A stretch of 20,210 nt of DNA. It comes from Fonticula alba ATCC 38817 (Eukaryota; Protista; Nucleariida). Shown here one piece after another: positions 10,332 to 18,704 of this stretch. A program made the position numbers and the translations under genes. The notes beneath the pieces are model-generated. The model did no database searches and was not told the origin of the DNA. It saw only the letters and a list, made by a program, of their open reading frames with translations. Numbering within the stretch: position 1 is the first letter of the stretch; the number at the start of each line of letters is the position of its first letter. The stretch lies in NCBI GenBank assembly GCA_000388065.2, contig KB932203.1; one strand, given 5' to 3'.

Positions 10332-11807
10332 ATGGTATGCCTTTCGCCTCCTCCCCCCTCCTCCCTATGATGCCCCCCCCCCCTCTCTGCTTCTCGCATG
10401 CATGCACACCAGCCCCGCTCCTCCCCGCCGGCGCGCGCGTGTTCCCCTCTCCTCCTTCTCCTCCTCCTCCTCTCCCTCCCCTCGTCCATCGGTGTGCCTT
10501 CCCGCTGCCCCGCCTGGCGGCCGGCTTGCTTCGCGCCGGGCGGCGCCTCCCCCCCTCGCCTGGTCGGCCGGTTGGCCGGCGGCCGTTATCACGCCCGGGG
10601 CGCCTCCCGTCTCCTGCTCTGTCACCCGTGCATGGGGTAACTATTGCCTTTTGCATGGGGCGCTGCTGCGAGGCGGCTGTCGCCGCTTCCCCCAGGCGAC
10701 CAACGGAGGCACATGCGTGTCTCGGCGCGCGGTGTGCGGCCGGCCCGGCGGAGAGAGGCCGACCGAAGGACCCCGAGTGTGGGGGGCCCTTCCGATGATG
10801 AGGAGGCTCGAGGCGGGGGCGGAGCAGGCATCGCGCTGCCAGGAGGAGCAGGGGGACGGCCCCGACTTGTTCGGATGTCCCCTGCATCCGAAGCACACAC
10901 ACACACGCACACACACGCGCACATCACCTCCCTTTTCCTTGGGGCCACCCATCGCCCCTCGTGCACGCGCGAATGCCCTCTGACCGTTTTTTTTTCACTT
11001 GCTCGCATGCGCCCTCCCTCTCTCCCTCCCTCCCTCCCCCGACGACAACAACAGGGTAAGGTTCACGGTTCGCTCGCTCGTGCCGGTAAGGTCAAGGGTC
11101 AGACCCCCAAGGTCGACCCCGAGGACAAGCCCAAGCCCCTCACTGGTGCGTTTTTCTCTCCCCCTTCCCCCCGGGTTCCTTTTCCTGTGTCGCTCTTTCG
11201 CATACTGCTCCCCCGCGCGCCGGGCCGAGGGGGGCAGCTCTCTTTTTCCGGTGCACTTCTCTCCTCTTGTCCTCTCGGGGCGCGCCCAGAGGGGGGCCGA
11301 CCGGATCAACACATGGAGAAAGGGGGGGGTGACGGACGCGAGGGACAGGCGTCGTGTGTGTTCTGGCCGTGTGCCGTGTCTCCCTCGATCGCGGGGAGAC
11401 GCTGGCACGGCCGTGTCCATGCGCGCGCGTGCGCTCCTCCTCGCATCGTTTCCCCCTCGCCATGCACACGCCCTCCTTGATCCGGCGCCGCGCGCCGAGG
11501 GGGAGGAGAGCGAGTCGCGCGCGCGCGTGCTCTGCCCTCCTGTCTCTCCTTCTCTCCCCGTGTTTTGCCGCGTGTCGGCGGCCGCCCCTGTTGGGGTCTT
11601 CCCACCTCCTCTGACACCTCCCCGCGCCGCGTGCTTTCCCCCTCCCCTCCTCTCTCTCTCTCTCTCTCTCCAGGCCGCGCCCGCCTCCGCGTCCTCTACA
11701 ACCGCCGCTGCGTCCACGCTGTCACCATCCCCGGTGTCAAGCCCCGCATGAACACCGCCGCCATCCAGGCTCTCCGCAAGGCCAACTCCGCCCCCCGCAC
11801 CGAGTAA
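10332..11807 (+). CDS. RPS30: 40S ribosomal protein S30 (eS30), 75 aa, not ubiquitin-like-fused
   Basis: Exons 10332-10334 (ATG, then donor GTATGC), 11055-11145 and 11674-11807 give [58 protein letters not shown]...; the [18 protein letters not shown] hallmark is present. The ATG-only first exon is the least certain part. Confidence 0.93.
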
Positions 11808-12661
11808 AAGCGCCTCTGTCACACATCCTTGAGCTGATTGCTGTGTGACCCCCCTCCCTCTGGCGGCCGCGCCTCCTGCGGGGGGGGCGGCCCCCGCGCT
11901 CCTCCCTTCTCCCCGTGCGCTTCGTCCCTCTCCCTTTCCCCAAAGGCGCGCGCGGCGTTGGCACGTGGGTGGGCGCGGGCGGGGGGAGGGGGTGGCGGTG
12001 TTGTAGGGGCGGGCGTGCGCGCGCGCGCGCGCCCTCTCCGCTTCCCCTGGCTGGTGGCGGAGTGTTGTGCGACCCCTTCTCTCCCCGCTAGTGGTGCGGG
12101 GGGAGGGGACGCGCGCGTGTATATGTGTGTATCCTCCCCCCTCTCACCTCCCCCCCCTTCCGCGGGGGGTGGTTACACACTTGTGCGTCTCCCTCTCCTC
12201 CTCCTGTCACACACTTCGGTGTTGCACTATACGACCATTATTTCTCCCCCTCCTTTCTCTTGCTTTCGCCTTTTTCGCCGGGGAAGAGGGGGGACCCCAA
12301 GGGACCGAGACGAGGGGGGGGACATGTGTGTGTGTGTGTGTGTGTGCGCAGCCTCGAGCAAAAGGGAGGACGTGCCGGGGCCGAGAGGGAGCTGGGTGGG
12401 TGGAGGGGGCGCCACACACACGCACGCAGCACACGCCTACTGCCCCGTCGCGCTGTGCGTGTGTGTCCGTCCGTTCAGGAAAAGTCCCCACCAGCACGGC
12501 GGGCATGCTGCCGACGCCCGGCATCTCCCGTGGCAGAACCCAGCCGCAGGGGAGCGGCCGCTCGTCCGACCGCCCGAAGCACCAGAACACATGCGAGTTA
12601 AGGGTGGTCTATTAACCCAATGCGGCGGCCTGGCCCTTCCCCCCGCCGGCCCGCAGGGCCT

Positions 12662-13293
12662 TCATCTGGCCCTTCTCTTCCACTTGCCCTCGCCCCGGGA
12701 GGGGAGGAGCGCGGCGGGCAGCGGCGTGGCGCCGGAGGCCGATCGCCGGCCCAGGGGCATGGACTCCTCGCTGCTGGTGCCGCCCTGCCCGGCGCTCGAC
12801 ACATCGGCCAGGGTCCCGTCGTCGGACACCACCTCCGACCAGCGGCCCATCTGCAGGGGGTCGCTGTCGAGGCGCTTGTGGGGATCTCCCCCCCCACCAT
12901 CGGCCAGCAGGGGCCGGGGGTGCTGCTCGGGGCCCGGGGGGGCCGCCGGCTGTCCCGGCGGTGGGGCCGCCGCGGCCGGCTGCCACCCGCTGTCCCGGGC
13001 CAGCAGGGCCTCCGGCAGGAGCTCGGGCCGGGAGATCGAAAGCCCACGCCGGGCCCGCCGGGCCGACGACTCCACCGAGGAGCAGGGGCCGGACACCTCC
13101 TCGGAAATGAGGGCACGCCATTGGTCGCAGGTGAGATGTCGCGAGTGCATGGTCCACCGATCCCGGAGCTCGTGGGCGGTCGGCTGGCGGGGGCGGCGCG
13201 GCGGGCGGGAGACTGTCAGTCGGGCCTCGTTGCAGCCATGCCCGTAGGNNNNNNNNNNGTCAGTCGGGCCTCGTTGCAGCCATGCCCGTAGGG

Positions 13294-13329
<36 letters not shown>

Positions 13330-13793
13330 GGGACAGAGGCCCAGAGAGTGGCATGGGCGTAGAAGGCGTGGCGCCTGCCGGGCGTGGCATACCTCGTCAT
13401 TGGGGTCGTGGAACTGCGCGAAGTACGGGTCGCCGAGGGCATCCTCGGCGGTGATCCGGTCGGCCGGGGAGTAGACCAGCAGCTTCTCGAGGATGGCCCG
13501 GGCTGCGGCCCGATCACAGGGGTCGTTGGGCCAAATGCATGCGGCAGGACGCGGCGGGGACGGCCGGGCGGAGGGTGTCAGAGCAGGCACGATCGGCAGC
13601 AGGAGCGTCCGCTGCATATGTAGCGCAGAGCAGGCGGGTGGGGGCTTCCGCGGTGCGGACCATCCGGGAAGATCATGTCATCCAGCGAGGGGTGTCCCGA
13701 GCCCGGGTCCAGGGGCAGGCTGCGGAGGTAGGAGATGATCTGGTGCAGGGGGGGTGAGAGGCCAGTCGGGCGGCTCCGGGGGGNNNNNNNNNN

Positions 13794-13824
<31 letters not shown>

Positions 13825-15571
13825 TAGCCATGTGCAGGTGCTGGGCGGGGCCCGGGAAGTACATTAGAGCAGCCGATGGTTTCCAAGAACTCGTCTCCTG
13901 GCGGCCCGAGGAGCGTCGACCAGAGCTGGACCATCTCGATGGCTGGGGCGCAAGATGGCCGGTGAGCGTTGCAGCATCGCAGACATTGCACGAGTACCCC
14001 GCCTCTCCTCTGCCTCCCCCCTCTCTTCCTCTCCTCGCCTCTTCCCCTCCCCCCACGACGCGCGTGCCATCTGGGGGCAGGCCCAGGGTAGGGGCGTTGC
14101 CAGACGCACGATTGCCTCCGGGGAAGAGCACCTGCCGAATGATCATCTCGGCGATGATGCACCCGGCACTCCAGACGTCGGCTGGCGGGGAGGCGTGTGG
14201 CAGGGGGTAAGTGCGGGGGCGGAGCCGGCAAGGCGACATGCGCATCGCGCGGAGCGGCGCTTGGCGAACCTGCTTGGCAGTAGTGAGGATAGTGGAAGAG
14301 AATCTCCGGTGCCCGGTAGTACCGGGTTGTCACGTATTCCGTCATGAGAAGGGGGTTTTGCGAATCGGGGAAAAGCACCTCCCGCGAGGAGCTCAGATCC
14401 CCCGGGTCCAGGGTGTTGGGGTTGAAGCGGGCCAGGCCGAAGTCGATGATCTGGCGAGTCCCGGGGGGCGCGTGGGTGAGAGGCGGCATGCGAGCAGCCA
14501 ACATCGCGGCCGGAGGGGCGAGGGGCGAGCGGCAGGGGCAGGGGCGCACTTTCAGATCGCACTGCTCGTTGATCATGATGTTCGAGGGCTTAAGGTCCCG
14601 GTGTACAATGCCAGCCGAGTGCATATACTGTTCTCGGGTGCGAGGCGAAGGGGGAGGGGGGGGGGGGGGCAGAGAACCGGGCACGTGGTAGAGGGAGGCG
14701 CCGAGTGAGTGCCCCAGGCGCACATCGGGGCAGGGTGCTGGCGTGCTGGCGTGCGCTCGTACCTTCAGCCCGCGGAGGAGCTGATACGCGAAGTATCGGA
14801 TGTGCGTGGTCGTCAGTGATCGGGCCTCCAATACCTGGGAGAGGTCGGCGCTCATGAGCTCCTGGACCAGGTATCTGGGAGGGGGGGGGGGGGGGGTCGA
14901 CGAAGCGTCAGCAAGCAGCAATCATATGGGGAACCGGCGCGGGAGCAGGAGGCCCTGGCGCAGCCACCGAGGACCGAGCGCACATGTTATCCTGCGGATC
15001 GATGAAGCTTCCCAAGAGGGCCACGATCTGGATGGCGCGACACAGGGCGGGGGCGGGGGCGGGGGAGGGTAAGCCACAGGGGATGTGCGCCGAAGGTGGT
15101 CGGCTGCCGCCGGGACGAGGCGGTGCCAGATGGCAAGCATCATGGCGGGGCGCACATTCTCATGCTGCATATACTTCATGATGGTCAGCTCGCGGTACAG
15201 CTGTCGGAGGTACTTGCGCTGGTTGTCTTCAAAGGCCTCTGGCGTGACCTCCGGAGAGATCTCCTCAATGAGGGGGTTGTCGCGGTTGAGCATTTTGATG
15301 GCCACCCACGAGTGGGAGTCCTTCTCCTGGGCCGAGCTGTCGTGCGCGGGCCCACCCGCCGCAGGATGGAGCGTTAGCGAGGCGCACTATGGCCATAGAA
15401 GAAGACGGGCCCACGGACAGGGGGGGGGGGGAGGTGCGTGCACAGAAAGAGCTCGGCGCACCATATGGCCCCACAGACTCCGGACCCGATGAGCTGGGCC
15501 GGCTCCAGCCGTTCCGGCAGGGAGAAGACAAACCCTCCGATGTGGTGATCCCGGAAGTTGGTGTATTCCAT
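12662..15571 (-). CDS. Mitogen-activated protein kinase (Hog1/p38-like core, TEY activation motif), about 522 aa, 11 coding exons
   Basis: Exons (minus strand): 15571-15462, 15336-15156, 15027-14984, 14874-14763, 14627-14550, 14450-14270, 14181-14110, 13942-13863, 13739-13661, 13502-13393, 13183-12662; total 1569 nt, phases consistent. Motifs: GSGVCG, VAIK, YRE, HEN, HRDLKPSN, DFGLAR, MTEYVTTRYYRAPE, DVWSAGCI, DPYFAQFHDPNDEP (CD domain). Confidence 0.93.
13215..13292. other. 10-N gap (13249-13258) flanked by duplicated 34-bp ends, inside MAPK intron 10
   Basis: 13215-13248 is identical to 13259-13292. Confidence 0.85.
13784..13793. other. 10-N assembly gap in a poly-G run (MAPK intron 8)
   Basis: N run flanked by G homopolymers. 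Confidence 0.9.
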
Positions 15572-15845
15572 TGGGGCGCTCGGAGGGGCGGAGATCGCGG
15601 GCCAGCTACGGGCAGGGCAGCCGAGTGAGCAGATCGAGCGGGGGAAGGGCGAAGGGGAGGGGCGCCAACTCCAAGAGTGGATGCTCCTCGAGGGGTGCCT
15701 GCCGCGGCAGCAGGGGCTTGAGCGCACACGAAGGCGCGGCGCGAGCGGGGAGGTGGGGCGAGGGGAGTCTGAGTATCGAAGGTGGGGAAGGCCAATGGCG
15801 CAGGGCCATGGGGCTCCTCTTGCCCATACGGCTCGCCGAAGAGCC

Positions 15846-15848
<3 letters not shown>

Positions 15849-15883
<35 letters not shown>

Positions 15884-15923
15884 GCCCCCCCCCCCCGGGG
15901 GGGGGGGGGGGGGGGGGGGGGGG
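15849..15923. repeat. Homopolymer block C33-G3-C12-G27
   Basis: Direct reading; run lengths in such tracts are often unreliable in assemblies. Confidence 0.8.
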
Positions 15924-16864
15924 AGCGATTACGCCGAGCGCACACAGCCCGCCTCGTGGCGTGGCATGCCGCGGGGGGGGGGCCTAGGGATGGGGAAGAA
16001 GAATTGTCACCTCTCTGCGCTCCGCCCACCCCTTCAGGGTGGCCGGTCGAGGAGGCAGGCCCCACACGACAACAGGCGGCCAGGGGGTGGGGGGCGGGAC
16101 GTGTCCGAGGGCAGGCGCCTGTGCCTTGGCGCTCGGGTTAATTTGGGATCGTGGGCGCATCGCGCGCGAGGAATACCGACGCATTCCTGGCCCATCGAGT
16201 TGCCGGGGCCCCGGGGGAGCCGGCCGGCGGCCTGGCCGGGTCACCCCTCCTTTTCCTGCGGCCAACCGGGCACACCGAGGGGGCCGTGTCGGCAGGATGA
16301 ACTCATGTTTTGACTCACTCAAAACATACATTGTGGGGTAGGGGATGATGCGATATCGTGGTGGTGTGATGACGGGACATGTGATGCATTTGGAGGGGAG
16401 GTTTTTCCCTCGGCGCCCGGGGGCCAGTAAGATCGACCCTACACAGGCAGCGAGGGCCGGGGCGGGCGCCTGGGCTGGTGGGGATCGCCACCCCCGCGAA
16501 TGGATCTCCAGAAGCAGCTCCCGGGGACTGTGCGCCGCGGGCAAGCCTCGGTGGCGAGCAATCCTCCGGACCGGCAAGAAAAGGAATTTAAAAAGAGCCT
16601 GAATATTGCCCGGAAAAGGGGGGCAATCCGCGTGCGGTGTGTCTGCGTCCCGGGCCTGCTGTCGAGCATGTTGGATTGCGACTTCTTGGCCGAGGGCCAG
16701 GCTGGCGGGGTGTGTGCCCGGTGGTGACTATCCCCCGGCCGGAGGTGCTCTGCGGTCTCCTGGCGGAGAGGGTGGGAGTGGGGGACAACGGACAAGTGCA
16801 AATGGGTGTGCTTCTTTGCGACGCCGGACCCTGCCATCGGAGGGCTTTCTCCCCGCCGGCCTTT

Positions 16865-16899
16865 NNNNNNNNNNNNNNNNNNNNNNNNNNNNNNNNNNN
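16865..16899. other. 35-N assembly gap
   Basis: N run followed by poly-C. Confidence 0.9.
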
Positions 16900-17527
16900 C
16901 CCCCCCCCCCGGCCCCGGACGCGGGTGCCGGCGCACGGGGCTCGGCCGGTTCTGGTGGGGGTCGGGGGTCTAGGACTGGGTGTGATGGGGGAGCGCCTTA
17001 GCCCCTCTCGCGGCCGGGCGCCTTTCCGAAGGAAGTGCCCTGCTGCGGGGTGTCCTGAACCTCTTTGCGCCCTTTCCGGCGGCGTCGGCGGCGGCGGCGG
17101 CGAGGAGGAGTGGAACAGAGGGATCGGGGGGGGAGGGGGGGGAGAAGGCCGCCAAGATGCGAGCGGGGGCAACCCGGTCTCCTGGCGGGCGAGGCCCCGG
17201 CAGGTGCGACGAGGGCCGGCGGGTATGTGCCCGCCTCCCGGGCGCGTGCGCGTGTATGTGCACGCCAGTGGTAGATAGACGGCCCCCGGGGCCGAACAGC
17301 GCAGCGCCCTTGGGGCGGCGGCCACAGCAGGCGGGCATGGGAGCGGGCGCAGTCGCGTCGTGCGTGGGTGCGCGGCCGGGGGGGGGGGGATATACACGCG
17401 TCGTGTGGGGGGCGCGCGCTGCCCTGCTGGTGGTTCTCCCGCCCTGCCGCCGGCGCGCCCCCCCGCGGGGGGGCGCGGGCCGGGGCGAAGTCACTGGGAT
17501 TGTGGGCGGGCGGGCGGGCGGGCGAGC

Positions 17528-17727
17528 GGGTGTGTGTGTGTGTGTGCGTGGACGCGGCGCACGTTGTGCGGCTGCTGGGCCCCGTCGTCGGTGGTGCTGG
17601 TGAACGCGCGCGCTGGTGGCCCNNNNNNNNNNGGGTGTGTGTGTGTGTGTGCGTGGACGCGGCGCACGTTGTGCGGCTGCTGGGCCCCGTCGTCGGTGGT
17701 GCTGGTGAACGCGCGCGCTGGTGGCCC
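17528..17727. other. 10-N gap (17623-17632) flanked by duplicated 95-bp ends
   Basis: 17528-17622 is identical to 17633-17727. Confidence 0.85.
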
Positions 17728-17828
17728 GCCCTCCGGGGGGGCGGCGGCGCTGTCACGGCTCCCCCGGGCTGCGGTGCGCCCAGCTTTTTAGCGGGGCCCC
17801 GAGGCGGCAATCCTCCGTAGGGGTGGGC

Positions 17829-18606
17829 CTCTCTGTTTCGTTCTTGCTTTGGTTTCTCTTGCTTTCACGGTAACAGGTATGCCTGTCCCCCTCCCTCCCT
17901 CCCTCCCCTCTCCCCCCGCCGCTTTCCTCGGTCACCCTTCCATCCCCGTCGCGCGCGCTCTCTCTCTCTTTGTCTCCCTCTCCCTCCCTCCGTCATGTGA
18001 GGCGGCGGGTTTGGGGAGAGGAGGGACTCCATCGCTGTCGTACCGGATTTGCTGCGTGCTGGCCACGCCACTCGCTCGCAGGGCCGTTTCCGCGCCGCAT
18101 GGGCCCCTCTCTCTCTCTCTCTCTCCCCTCCCCCCCGTGCCCCGAGCCCGGCCCCCTCTCCATCTGTGTGTGTGTGCGCGTGCGCGTTCGCGTGCGCCAT
18201 CCATCCCTCCCCGATGGAGGGTGCCTCGCGCGCTCCTGCTGCCCGCCACAGGGGGCGGGGCCGGGTCAATCTGGGGCGCGGAGGGCGGCGGGGCAGACAT
18301 GATCGTGTGACGCCGCCCCCTCCCCCTCTCTCTCCCCTGTCTGGCGCCGTCCGAGCCGCCGTCTGCCTCCGGGAGTGTGTGCCCGTGCACATATCGGATG
18401 CAGCTTCGCCGGCGGCGAATCCGACAGACAGAGAGGGTGGGCGGCGTCGCCGCCGCGCTCGGTCCCATCCGCCGGCACCTGTGATCCTCTGTCCTTCCAG
18501 CCTCTCCTCATATAAGAGTGTGTCTGTCCGTCCTCGCTCTGCTGGTTGCTGACCTCCCTCCCCTCTCCCTGTCTCTCCTTTCCTCTCTTCCGTCAGATTT
18601 ACAAAC
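17829..18606 (+). other. Predicted RPL8 5' UTR: pyrimidine-rich leader exon, 720-nt intron 17877-18596, 10-nt exon before ATG
   Basis: T-rich leader ending aacag|GTATGC at 17877; branch point gctgac near 18550; pyrimidine tract and cgtcAG at 18596; then atttacaaacATG. Confidence 0.65.
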
Positions 18607-18664
18607 ATGGGTCGTCGTATCCGTGGTCAGCGCAAGGGTGTCTCCGGTAGTGTCTTCGGCGTGC

Positions 18665-18704
<40 letters not shown>

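Noticed and set aside
10646-10654. U5 snRNA loop-1-like gccttttgc
   Set aside because: Mismatch to invariant GCCUUUUAC, weak stem and no Sm site downstream.
10795-10983. C/D snoRNA in RPS30 intron 1 (ATGATGA at 10795, CTGA at 10980)
   Set aside because: Spacing is long, there is no terminal stem or recognisable rRNA guide, and the CTGA is better explained as the branch point.
12478-12630. RNase MRP/P RNA (ggaaaagtcccc and taacccaat resemble CR-I and CR-V)
   Set aside because: No complementary P4 3' strand (GGGGCTYA-like), so the pseudoknot cannot form.
11838-13247. 469-aa plus-strand ORF
   Set aside because: Low-complexity UTR sequence plus the antisense of the MAPK last exon.
16311-16317. 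AP-1/Gcn4 site TGACTCA upstream of the MAPK
   Set aside because: A single 7-mer is expected by chance at this scale, and it overlaps the hairpin reported separately.
16500-16727. 75-aa plus-strand ORF (MDLQKQLPG..)
   Set aside because: No recognisable homology and no downstream exon could be built.
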